A stretch of 64,000 bases of DNA from an uncultured Gemmatimonadales bacterium (GTDB taxonomy: Bacteria; Gemmatimonadota; Gemmatimonadetes; Gemmatimonadales; Gemmatimonadaceae). Of this stretch, positions 43,766 through 52,806 are shown piece by piece. Position numbers and translations under genes: made by a program. The DNA lies in the NCBI GenBank assembly GCA_963851265.1, contig CAWKNZ010000002.1, forward strand, positions 704,001-768,000. Direction: 5' to 3'. The notes below the pieces were generated by a model. That model saw only the letters and a list, made by a program, of their open reading frames with translations, made no database searches and was not told the DNA's origin. The stretch's first letter is position 1. Each line of letters opens with the position of its first letter.

Positions 43766-45921
43766 GCACGGGGTATTGGGTCGGCCGCGTCGTCACCCGC
43801 AGCCACGCACCGCAGCACCTCCGCCACGCTCCATGCCTGCGCGATGCACCCGCGCGGCGTGTACGGCGCCTCGGCGTCGAACACCTCGGCGATCGACCCG
43901 ACCCCGAACTCGCCCAGGTGGTCGAGGAGCGCGTCCAGGTACTGCCGGGCGCCGGCGTCGTCGCCGGGGTGCAGCTTGCGCCACGCGTCCACCCACGGCC
44001 CGATGAGCCACCCCCACACCGTTCCCTGGTGGTACGCGGCGTCGCGCGCGCGCAGGTTGCCGAAGTACTGCGCCTTGTACTCCGGGCTCCCCGGGGCGAG
44101 CGAGCGCAGGCCGTAGGGCGTCAGGAGTCGTATTTCGCACGCGGTGACCACCGCGTCCCAACGGGCGCGGTCGAGCACCGGGTTGGGCAGGGAGATCGCG
44201 AACAGCTGGTTGGGGCGGAACTCGGTCGAGTCGCCGTCCGGCCCGTCCACGACGTCGTACAGGTAGCCGCCCGCGTCGTACCAGAAGCGCGCGTTGAACG
44301 CGTCGCGCACCCGATCGGCCGCGTCCTCGTAGAGCGCCGCCGCTTCCGGACCGCGCGCCTCACGCGTCCACCGCGCGAGGTTGGCGAGGGCATTGTACCA
44401 GAGCGCGTTGATCTCGACCGGCTTGCCGCGCCTGGGCGTGACCACCCAGCCGTCGACCTTGGCGTCCATCCAGGTCAGCTGGAATCCCTCGGCGCCCTCG
44501 CGCAGGAGGCCGTCGGCGGGGTCCACGCCGATCCCGAAGCGCGTGCCCGCCGTGTGACGCGCGACGATGTCCTGCAGCACCGGGAGCAACTGTCTGACCG
44601 TCGCGCGGTCGCCGGTGATGCGGTCGTAGCGGTCGAGCGCGTGGAAGAACCAGAGCGTCGCGTCGGCGGTGTGGTACAGGCCGTCGTTGCTGCCATCCGG
44701 GAACATGTTCGGGATGAGGCCGTCGCGCACGTACTGCGCGAACGTTCGCAGGATGAACCCCGCCTCGCGCCACCGCCCGGTGGTCAGCGTGAGCCCCTCG
44801 AGCGAGATCATCGTGTCGCGCCCCCAATCCGTGAACCAGTGATAGCCGGCGATCACGGTGCGCACCTCGTCGCCGGTGGCCTGCGCGCGCACGCGGTCGT
44901 GCAGGCGGCCGGACGGCATGATGAGGAACTGGTCGGCGGCGAGCACCAGCTCCGCGGCGCGCGGGTCGGCCTCGAGCGCGCGGCGTACAGCGGCGTGCGG
45001 CATCTCGAGCAGCCGCCGGCGCCGTTCGTGCTCCGCGGCGCGGGCGTCGGCGGGGCTCAACGCGCGCATCACGTCCGGGCTCTCGGTCGAGGCGACGAGC
45101 GTGACGGGCGCGTCGGGCGCGAGTTGCAGCACGAAGTGGCCCGGCGACCACAGTGCGCCGCGGTCGGCGTAGCCGCGTGACTCCTCGACCCGGTACAGCA
45201 GATCCCGCGTGCGGAGCGGGTCGAGCGTCGGCGTCGCCTGCGCGCCCACGAACCCGAGTCGCAGGGACGGGAGGTCCGGGCGCCCCGCGAGCGTGACGAC
45301 GTAGTACTCGTCTTCGGCGCTGAGCCGGTACTGCTGGTCCGCGGCGGTCGCCGCGACGTCGGCCTCGTAGCCGCGAAAGTCGAGCGCGGGGCGCAGCTCG
45401 AGTTGGGCCGGCGCGGGTCCGGCGAGCGTGTACGTGATGTGCACGCTGTTCTGCCGGTAGGGCATGAGCAGGCGCTTCTCGATCGTCGCCATGCCGGCCC
45501 CCGTTCCGATGCGATAGACCCACACCGGGAGCCCCGCCTCGAGCCGGAACTCGGGCAGCAGGCGCACGCCCTCGGCGTCGAGCAGGCGGCCGTCGGCCCA
45601 CTCGGCCGCGCTCAGCGTGACGGTGGTGCCGTCGGCCAGGGTGACGCGCTCGATGAGGTGGTTGAGCATCACCATGCGGCCTAACGGGTTGGGCAGCGCG
45701 GCGACGAGCACGCCGTGGTACTTCCGCGTGGGGAGCGAGGCCACGCTGGCCGAGGCGTACCCGCCGAGGCCGTTGGTGACGAGCCACTCGCGGTCCACGA
45801 GCTCCGCAACGTCGACCGCGGCGCCGTCGGCCGCCGCGGGCCCGGTGATCCGCCGGACGACGCGGTCGACGAGGCGGTCCGACGCGGGCGCGTCGGCGGG
45901 TGCTGCTGGAACGGTGAGCAC
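43762..45921 (-). CDS. Amylo-alpha-1,6-glucosidase (glycogen debranching enzyme)
   Basis: REWLVTNGLGGYAS, IAGYHWFTDWGRDTMISLEG, LTWMDAK, YHQGTVW, QAWSVAE. Confidence 0.93.
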   Translation of the reverse strand: MLTVPAAPADAPASDRLVDRVVRRITGPAAADGAAVDVAELVDREWLVTNGLGGYASASVASLPTRKYHGVLVAALPNPLGRMVMLNHLIERVTLADGTTVTLSAAEWADGRLLDAEGVRLLPEFRLEAGLPVWVYRIGTGAGMATIEKRLLMPYRQNSVHITYTLAGPAPAQLELRPALDFRGYEADVAATAADQQYRLSAEDEYYVVTLAGRPDLPSLRLGFVGAQATPTLDPLRTRDLLYRVEESRGYADRGALWSPGHFVLQLAPDAPVTLVASTESPDVMRALSPADARAAEHERRRRLLEMPHAAVRRALEADPRAAELVLAADQFLIMPSGRLHDRVRAQATGDEVRTVIAGYHWFTDWGRDTMISLEGLTLTTGRWREAGFILRTFAQYVRDGLIPNMFPDGSNDGLYHTADATLWFFHALDRYDRITGDRATVRQLLPVLQDIVARHTAGTRFGIGVDPADGLLREGAEGFQLTWMDAKVDGWVVTPRRGKPVEINALWYNALANLARWTREARGPEAAALYEDAADRVRDAFNARFWYDAGGYLYDVVDGPDGDSTEFRPNQLFAISLPNPVLDRARWDAVVTACEIRLLTPYGLRSLAPGSPEYKAQYFGNLRARDAAYHQGTVWGWLIGPWVDAWRKLHPGDDAGARQYLDALLDHLGEFGVGSIAEVFDAEAPYTPRGCIAQAWSVAEVLRCVAAGDDAADPIPRA

Positions 45922-45965
45922 GAGTATCGGGTGCGTTCGAGAAGGGTCGGGCGGGACCGGCGCGG

Positions 45966-47957
45966 TCAGCGCGACGGCTCCGGGGCCAGCACCACCGCGC
46001 AGCCGCCGAGCAGGCGCCAGTTTTCACGCGGCCAGCAGAGGTCGGGGCGCTGTGGTGGGCGGCGCGGCTGTTCGCTCGCGTCGAATTCGACGCCGCCGAG
46101 TCCGCCGTACGACGGGTGCTCGCTCGTCCAGCGCGTGCGCCAGCGCATGCCGGCCGGCGGCGCGAGGAGCGGCTCGGGCGCGATGGCGAGGTGCGCGGTG
46201 GCCCCGGTGTTGACGACGAGCAGCCGGTCGTCGCCCCGCGGCCCGAAGTAGCGCAATGCGAACGCCCGGTCGGTGAGGGATGCGCCGTCGAGCGCACCGG
46301 GCGTCGTGCCCACGCCCGTGCGCGGTGTCGCGAACACCGGGTCGTCGCGCCGGAGCGCGATCAGGTCGCGGTGCAGCCGGAGCCACGCGGCGTGCCCGTC
46401 GCGCTCGCGCTCATTCCAGTCGAGCACGCACCGGCGGAACGTCGACTCGTCGGCGGGGCGGGGCAGGGTGGCCTGCATCTCGTCCGTGGCCATGCTCGTG
46501 AACTGCGCGAGCTCGGCGAAGCGTCCGCGCTGGACCGTCGGCGCGAGTTCGGCGTTGTGGTCGGCGAAGTAGAGAAAGGGTGCACTCGCGGCCCACTCCT
46601 GCCCCTGGAACAGCATCGGCAGTTGCGGCCCCAGGAGCAGCGCCGCCGTGAGCGCGCGAAGCGCCCCGGGCGCGGCGATCTGGTGCACGCGCTCGCCGAC
46701 GCCCGCGTTCGCGAGCTGGTCGTGGTTCTCGAGGAAGTGGACGAAGCGCCAGGGGGGTACGCCGAACGCGGGCGTGCCACGCCGCTTGCGCTGCCACCGG
46801 TACCACTGGCCCTGGTACAGAAAGCCGTACTTGGCCGCGGCGACGAATTCGCGCGCGCCGCCGGCGTAGTCGGTGAAGTACGCTTCGTCGCGCAGCGCGA
46901 GCGCGACGAACGCGCTGTGGTGCCAGTCGTCGTTCCAGACCGCGTCGAGGCCGTTCCCGCCGTCGCCCGCGGGCGTGACGAGCGCGACGTCCTGCGGCTC
47001 GTTCTCATTGACGATCCACGTCGCGCGCCCGCCGAGCGCGTCGCCCGCGGCGCGCACCGCAGCGCCGATCTGGGTGAGCACGTGCACGGGCGAGGTGTCG
47101 ACGATCGCCTGGGTGGCGTCGATCCGGAGTCCGTCGACGTGGAACTCCTCGACCCAGTAGCGCGCGTTGGCGACGTAGAACGCGCGCACCGGCGCGGCGT
47201 GCGCGCCGTCGAAGTTCACGGCGGTGCCCCAGTCGGTGTGGCGCTCGGCGTTGAAGTAGTACGGAGAGAACTGCGGGAGATAGTTCCCGTCCGGCCCCAA
47301 ATGGTTGTAGACGACGTCGAGCACGACCGCGAGGCCGAGCGCGTGCGCCCGGTCGACGAAGCGGCGCATGTCGTCGGGCGTGCCGTACTGCGCGGCCGGG
47401 GCAAACAGCTGCACGCCGTCGTACCCCCAGCCGAACCGCCCCGGGAACTGGTGCACCGGCATGACCTCGATCGTCGTCACACCGAGGTCAGCGAGCGCCG
47501 GGAGTCGCGCGGCCGCGCCGGCCCACGTGCCTTCGGGACTGAACGTGCCGAGGTGGAGTTCGTAGAGCACCTGCCGCGCGGGCTCGGTGATCCCGCGCCA
47601 CGCCGCGTCCGTCCACGCGAACGCGGCCGGATCGACGACTTCCGACGGGCCGTGCGGGCCGTCGGGTTGCGCGCGGGACGCGGGATCGGGGAAGCCGGCG
47701 GTGTGCGGGTCGGCGTTCGCGCCGTCGAGGCGGAAGCGATACCGTGCGCCCGCCACGACCCCCGGGATCTCCGCGCTCCAGTACCCGTCAACGCCGTCGG
47801 CGTCTCGCGACTCGCGCTCGAGCGGCACGACGCGCGCGCCGTCGTCGAGCACGACGTGAACCTGCCGCCGATCAGGCGCCCAGACGCGGAAGTGGACGTG
47901 GTCGGACGAGAGTTCGGCGCCGACGGGCAGGCGCCGGACTCGCAAACGGGCGGTCAT
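45966..47957 (-). CDS. treZ: Malto-oligosyltrehalose trehalohydrolase-like GH13 enzyme
   Basis: ATG 47957; FRVWAP, YELHLGTF, WGYDGV, DVVYNHLGP, GLRIDA, ENHDQ, PMLFQGQEW. Confidence 0.82.
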   Translation of the reverse strand: MTARLRVRRLPVGAELSSDHVHFRVWAPDRRQVHVVLDDGARVVPLERESRDADGVDGYWSAEIPGVVAGARYRFRLDGANADPHTAGFPDPASRAQPDGPHGPSEVVDPAAFAWTDAAWRGITEPARQVLYELHLGTFSPEGTWAGAAARLPALADLGVTTIEVMPVHQFPGRFGWGYDGVQLFAPAAQYGTPDDMRRFVDRAHALGLAVVLDVVYNHLGPDGNYLPQFSPYYFNAERHTDWGTAVNFDGAHAAPVRAFYVANARYWVEEFHVDGLRIDATQAIVDTSPVHVLTQIGAAVRAAGDALGGRATWIVNENEPQDVALVTPAGDGGNGLDAVWNDDWHHSAFVALALRDEAYFTDYAGGAREFVAAAKYGFLYQGQWYRWQRKRRGTPAFGVPPWRFVHFLENHDQLANAGVGERVHQIAAPGALRALTAALLLGPQLPMLFQGQEWAASAPFLYFADHNAELAPTVQRGRFAELAQFTSMATDEMQATLPRPADESTFRRCVLDWNERERDGHAAWLRLHRDLIALRRDDPVFATPRTGVGTTPGALDGASLTDRAFALRYFGPRGDDRLLVVNTGATAHLAIAPEPLLAPPAGMRWRTRWTSEHPSYGGLGGVEFDASEQPRRPPQRPDLCWPRENWRLLGGCAVVLAPEPSR

Positions 47958-48059
47958 GATGCGCGCTACCGAGCACGACCGGTGCCAGCGTCGGCGGCCC
48001 GCACGGCGGGCCCGAGTGCGCGGGCCCGCTCGACGAGCCCGCACCCTCGGTCCGCTCCG

Positions 48060-48428
48060 TCAGTCGGCTCGGTGGTAGCCGTGCGCGGCCCACCACGCGA
48101 TGTGCACCCGCAACTCGGCCGCGACCGCGTCGGGGAAGTGCGCCAGGGCGGGGCCGAGCGCCGCGTCGAGCGCGCGGGTGAGATCGGAGGCGAGCGCGCC
48201 GGCGTCGGCGCAGGCCGTGCCGTACCGTACGACGGCGGCGCGCAGCGCCTCGCGCGAGGAGGGTGACTCGCGGAGCGCGTCCTGCGCGGCCGTGAGTGCC
48301 GCGGCCGCCACGGGCGAAGCAGCCGCCGTCGTCTGTGGCCGCCCGGAGTCGACCGCGTCGCGGCGAGCACCCCGGGCGGGCGCGCGCCCCGACGGGTGCG
48401 GCGCGCGGAGCGGTGGGAGTTGCGACAT
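48060..48428 (-). CDS. Hypothetical protein
   Basis: Ala-rich ORF with GC3 bias ending ...IAWWAAHGYHRAD; start uncertain. Confidence 0.5.
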   Translation of the reverse strand: MSQLPPLRAPHPSGRAPARGARRDAVDSGRPQTTAAASPVAAAALTAAQDALRESPSSREALRAAVVRYGTACADAGALASDLTRALDAALGPALAHFPDAVAAELRVHIAWWAAHGYHRAD

Positions 48429-48582
48429 CGGAGAGCGGGGTTGAAGTCGCCCCGGCCCGTCGCGGCGTCCGGTCTGCCGCGTGATGGGTAACGGGACAGC
48501 GTGGACTGCAAAGCGTACGCCGCCGTTCACTTCCAGACGCCCGCGGTGGTGCGCCCCGGACGCGCCGTTATCTTTGCCCCAA

Positions 48583-48655
48583 GACCCTGTAGCTCAGCCG
48601 GTAGAGCAAGCGACTTTTAATCGCTAGGTCGTGGGTTCGAGCCCCACCGGGGTCA
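48583..48655 (+). tRNA. tRNA-Lys (UUU)
   Basis: Acceptor GACCCTG/CGGGGTC-A; D arm GCTC..GAGC; anticodon arm AGCGA-CTTTTAA-TCGCT; T arm GTGGG-TTCGAGC-CCCAC; CCA not encoded. Confidence 0.97.
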
Positions 48656-48893
48656 TACGACGGGATCTCGGTGGGCCGCGCTCCGCGCGGCCCGCCGCGT
48701 TCGTTAGGCACTCACGCGCGCCGTCGGTCGGCACGGTCGGCGACGACCGTGTGCGTGTGACGCCGGTCACGCGTCAGAGGGGGCGGTGGGGTGGGCCGGG
48801 GCGTCGGTGTCTAGACCAGCATGCGCGCGATCGCGCCGCGCCGGCGCAGTCTGTAGCTTCAGCGTTCCTCGTCGTCTGCCGCACCCCCCGCCG

Positions 48894-50414
48894 ATGTCCC
48901 TCCCCTTTCGCACCCCGCGCCTGGCGGCCGCCGCGCTCTCGGCCGCGCTCGCGCTCCTCGCGGTCGAATCCAGCGGCGCCCAGCAGCCGGGCCCGGCGCC
49001 CGCGCCGCTCGCCGGCGTCGCCGGTCCGGTCGGATCGCCGATCCCCGGCCCGTCGCTCGGCGACACCGCGATCACCATCCCGATCCCGACGGTGCCCGCG
49101 AGCTTCGGCGGCCCCGCGGCGGCGACGTTCGCGCACACGCCCGGCCTGACGTGGGACCTGGACGTGCTGCCCTACGAGGGGCACCAGCGCGTGCAGCGGT
49201 ACGTCACCCTGTTCAGTACCGGCGCCCGCGACCGGTTCACGGAGTACCTGCACCGCGGCACGCGGTACGACTCGCTCATCCGCGGCAAGCTGCGCGCGGG
49301 CGGGTTGCCCGAGGACCTCACGTACCTCGCGCTCGTCGAGAGCGGCTACGACGTGCACGCGACGTCGCGGGTGCGCGCGGTCGGCATGTGGCAGTTCATG
49401 GCCGAAACGGCGCGCGACGTCGGGCTGCGCGTGGACTGGTGGGTCGACGAACGCCGCGACCCGGTGCGCTCCACCGACGCCGCGGTGCGCACGCTGCGCT
49501 GGCTCAAGGGGCAGTTCGGCTCGTACTTCGTCGCCGCGGCCGCGTACAACGGCGGCTCCGGGCGCGTGTCGCGCGGACTCGCGCAACTCGCTGACGTCGA
49601 CAGCGCGGGCGCGGCCGCTCCGGGCGAGGCGCGCTTCTTCGCGCTCGCCGAGCACGACGTGCTGCACGACGAGACGAAGAACTACGTCCCGCAGCTCATC
49701 GCGGCCGCGCTCGTCGCGAAGGAGGCGCCGCGCTACGCGATCCGCCCGGCGCCGCTCCCGCCGCTCGCGTACGACTCGGTGCGCGTGCCGGGCCTAACGC
49801 CGCTCGCCGCGGTCGCCGCCGCGAGCCGCGCGTCGCGCGCCGACCTGCTCGACCTCAACCCGCACCTGCTGCGCGGCGTCACGCCGCCGGGCGCGGCGCT
49901 GCTCGTGCGCGTCCCGGCCGGGCAGGGCGCCGCCGCCGCCGAGCGGTTCTCCAAGCTGGGTGACGAAATTCGGCGGGCGTTCCACGCGTCGGTCACGCGC
50001 AAGCGCGAGACGTGGGCCGCGCTCGCGGAACGCCTCGGCACGCCGCGCACGTGGCTCGAGCGGTACAACGCTGGGCTGGCCACCGTCGCCCACGGCCGCA
50101 ACCGCGGGCGGCTCGTGAGCGGGCAGACGGTGCGCGTGCCCACCGACGCCGTGATCGCCTACTCGCAGGACGTGGCGAGCGACGGCGGCGGGCCGGGCGC
50201 GCTCCCCCGCCTGGCGGCGGCCGCAGAGGCGGCACCGGGCGACGCGGCGCCCGCGGACGAGCCCGCGGCGAAATCCGAACGCCGCCGCGGGCCGCGCGCC
50301 GACGTCCGCGCGACGGCCGCCGTGCGCGGTCAGCATACCGCTCACGCCAAGGCGCGCATCACCGTGGCGAAGCTGCACCGCCGGCGCGGCGCGGGGGCGA
50401 ACCGCGAGGGGTGA
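48894..50414 (+). CDS. MltD-like lytic murein transglycosylase with degenerate LysM-like repeats
   Basis: ATG 48894; LALVESG (catalytic Glu), AVGMWQFM, DERRDP, AAYNGG, ETKNYVP, DLNP.L. Confidence 0.88.
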   Translation: MSLPFRTPRLAAAALSAALALLAVESSGAQQPGPAPAPLAGVAGPVGSPIPGPSLGDTAITIPIPTVPASFGGPAAATFAHTPGLTWDLDVLPYEGHQRVQRYVTLFSTGARDRFTEYLHRGTRYDSLIRGKLRAGGLPEDLTYLALVESGYDVHATSRVRAVGMWQFMAETARDVGLRVDWWVDERRDPVRSTDAAVRTLRWLKGQFGSYFVAAAAYNGGSGRVSRGLAQLADVDSAGAAAPGEARFFALAEHDVLHDETKNYVPQLIAAALVAKEAPRYAIRPAPLPPLAYDSVRVPGLTPLAAVAAASRASRADLLDLNPHLLRGVTPPGAALLVRVPAGQGAAAAERFSKLGDEIRRAFHASVTRKRETWAALAERLGTPRTWLERYNAGLATVAHGRNRGRLVSGQTVRVPTDAVIAYSQDVASDGGGPGALPRLAAAAEAAPGDAAPADEPAAKSERRRGPRADVRATAAVRGQHTAHAKARITVAKLHRRRGAGANREG

Positions 50415-50417
50415 GCG

Positions 50418-51536
50418 TCAGCCGGTGCGCGCGAACGCGCCGGCGAGTTCGCGCATCAGGTCGGCGGCGACGAGCTGGGGCGTGACGTTGCCCGCGGCGC
50501 GCTGCTTCGCGCGCTCGACGGCGTCGATGCCCCGGCACGCGCCGAGCGCGCGCCGCGTGCGCTCGGGCTGCTCCGCACCGGCCCCGTCGCGGGCGAGCGC
50601 GTGCAATTGGACGACGAGCGCGTCGAGCACGTCGGTGAACGCGCCGCGCGCCTTCGACGCGCCCTGACCGAGGGCAACCCGCAGGCGGTCGGCCCGGTCG
50701 CCTTCCAGCACGGCCCGCAGCAGGCGTTCGGCCTCGTCGGCCGCCGCCCGCGCCTCCGCGCGGCCGAGCAGAGCGCCGGGCGCACCGGCCGCACTCGCGA
50801 TGGCCGCCGCAACCGCCTGCGGCCCGTCCAGCGACATCCCGCCCACCGCCAGGTGCGCGCGTACGTGCGGGTCGCCGAGGAATGCCGCCACGTCGGCGTC
50901 GGGCAGGGCGGGCACGCGGACACCGACCACGCGCGAGCGGATCGTGGGGAGCAGCGCGCCGGGTTCGCTCGACGTGAGGACGAGGGTCGTATCGGGCGGC
51001 GGCTCCTCGAGCAGCTTGAGGAAGGCGTTGGCGGCTTCGGCCGTCGCGTTCTCGTGGGGCGTCAGGCTCTCGGCCCGGCCGACCACGAACACCTTGCGAC
51101 GGCCGAGCGCCGGGGCCATTGCGGCCTGTTGCACGATGGCGCGGACCGTCGCGAGGTGGAGCGCGTCGGTGCCCGGCGGGGGGGCGTAGAGGCCGTGCGC
51201 CCGCGCGCGCTCCGCGCGCGCCTCGGCGAAATCGGTCCGCACGTCGTCCGCGTCCGCGTCGGTGAGCCGCGGGCGTGGGAAGAACCACGCGAGGTCCGGG
51301 TGGGCGTACTGCTCCGCATAGCGACACGGTTGGCACACGCCGCACGGGCCGCCATCCGGGCGCGCGGCCGGCGCACCCTGGCAGAGGAGTGACTGCCCGA
51401 GCCACAGCGCGAGTCGCTGCTTGCCGACGCCCGGAAGACCGTGCAGGAGCAGGCTCGCCGGAAGCGCGTCGCGCGCGTGTGTGGCGAGCAGGCGCGCGCG
51501 GAGCGGCGCGTGGCCGTAGAGCGGAACGAGGGGCAC
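50418..51536 (-). CDS. holB: DNA polymerase III delta' subunit
   Basis: GTG 51536; GLPGVGK, LLC...PCGVCQPC, HPD, AANAFLKLLEEPP, LLPTIRSR. Confidence 0.88.
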   Translation of the reverse strand: MPLVPLYGHAPLRARLLATHARDALPASLLLHGLPGVGKQRLALWLGQSLLCQGAPAARPDGGPCGVCQPCRYAEQYAHPDLAWFFPRPRLTDADADDVRTDFAEARAERARAHGLYAPPPGTDALHLATVRAIVQQAAMAPALGRRKVFVVGRAESLTPHENATAEAANAFLKLLEEPPPDTTLVLTSSEPGALLPTIRSRVVGVRVPALPDADVAAFLGDPHVRAHLAVGGMSLDGPQAVAAAIASAAGAPGALLGRAEARAAADEAERLLRAVLEGDRADRLRVALGQGASKARGAFTDVLDALVVQLHALARDGAGAEQPERTRRALGACRGIDAVERAKQRAAGNVTPQLVAADLMRELAGAFARTG

Positions 51537-51679
51537 GTCACAATATCGCCCCGCCGGCAACGGGTCGGGGCTCGGCGCGGCGTGGATTCGGGCGCCGGCA
51601 CGCTTCGTGACCGAAGCGCACCTGCTCCCGCGACGACGCATTCCGTCGCGGCCGACGCGACCCACCTCAGGAGGTTCTC

Positions 51680-51949
51680 ATGGCCGGCCGACGCTCACAA
51701 CAGGACAATGTGGACCCGGGGCAGTTCAGCTCCCCGCACGGCAGCGATAACACCCCCGACGAGCACCTGCGCGCCGCGGCGAAAACGGAGTACGCGCAGA
51801 CGCTCGTCGACGAGAAGGAGAGCATGATCCCCCGCCGCGGCCAGAACCCCGCGCTCGCCGATCTGCGCGCCCGGCGCGAGGCCGCCCGCGCGGAGCAGTC
51901 CAACGACCAGGCCGACGAGCGCGCGAGCGACGCCGAGCGGACGGAGTGA
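51680..51949 (+). CDS. Small hydrophilic acidic hypothetical protein
   Basis: Strong AGGAGG RBS; 89 aa; 4 nt upstream of the PfpI gene. Confidence 0.7.
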   Translation: MAGRRSQQDNVDPGQFSSPHGSDNTPDEHLRAAAKTEYAQTLVDEKESMIPRRGQNPALADLRARREAARAEQSNDQADERASDAERTE

Positions 51950-51953
51950 TCTC

Positions 51954-52664
51954 ATGGCCCACGCGAACGATGCCATGAACGCGGAGAGCGCCTCGCCGCT
52001 CACGGGGCGCCGGATCGCGGTGCTCGCCGCCGATGGCGTCGAACAGGTCGAGCTCGTCCAGCCTACCGAAGCGCTCCGGAAGGCGGGTGCGACGGTGGAG
52101 CTGATCTCGCTCAAGCCGGGCGAGATTCAGGCCCTCAATCACGATATCGAAAAGGGCGACCGTTTTCCGGTCGACAAAGTGGTCGCCGACGCGAACGCGG
52201 GGGATTACGACGCACTGTTCGTCCCGGGCGGCGTCTCCAATCCCGACAAGCTCCGCGTCGACGCCGGCGCGGTGCAGTTCGTGCGCGACTTCGTCGAGCG
52301 CGACAAGCCGGTGGCCGCGATCTGTCACGGGCCGTGGGTCCTCGTCGAGGCCGACGCGGTCCGCGGCCGGACGCTCACGTCGTGGCCGTCGCTCAAGACC
52401 GACATCACGAATGCCGGCGGCGAGTGGCAGGACCGGGAGGTCATCGTCGATCAGAAGCTCGTCACCAGCCGCAAGCCCGACGACCTCGCGGCGTTCTGCG
52501 AGAAGATCGTCTCGGTGTTCGGCTCGGCCGTCGAGGAGCGCACGCTCGACCGCCAGCTCGAGCAGACGTTCCCCGCGAGCGACCCGCTCCCCGGGCCGAC
52601 GAGCACCGGCGCGATGAACGAAAAGCGGAGCGCCTCGCGCGAGGAGCCCGCGCCCGCGGCGTGA
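51954..52664 (+). CDS. PfpI/DJ-1-family (class I GATase-like) protein with C-terminal extension
   Basis: DGVEQVEL, YDALFVPGG, AAICHGPW, LVTSRKPDD; tail contains TFPASDP. Confidence 0.92.
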   Translation: MAHANDAMNAESASPLTGRRIAVLAADGVEQVELVQPTEALRKAGATVELISLKPGEIQALNHDIEKGDRFPVDKVVADANAGDYDALFVPGGVSNPDKLRVDAGAVQFVRDFVERDKPVAAICHGPWVLVEADAVRGRTLTSWPSLKTDITNAGGEWQDREVIVDQKLVTSRKPDDLAAFCEKIVSVFGSAVEERTLDRQLEQTFPASDPLPGPTSTGAMNEKRSASREEPAPAA

Positions 52665-52806
52665 TCACCGCGGGTGGCGGGTCGTGCGCGCGGGCGGGGA
52701 CCGGCACCGCCGGGCTTGCCCGCCCGCCCGGCAGACGTAACGTAGAGCGGCCGCGCACTGCACGTGCGCGGCCGCTTTCGCACGTCCCCCGCCGTGGGTT
52801 TCTGCC

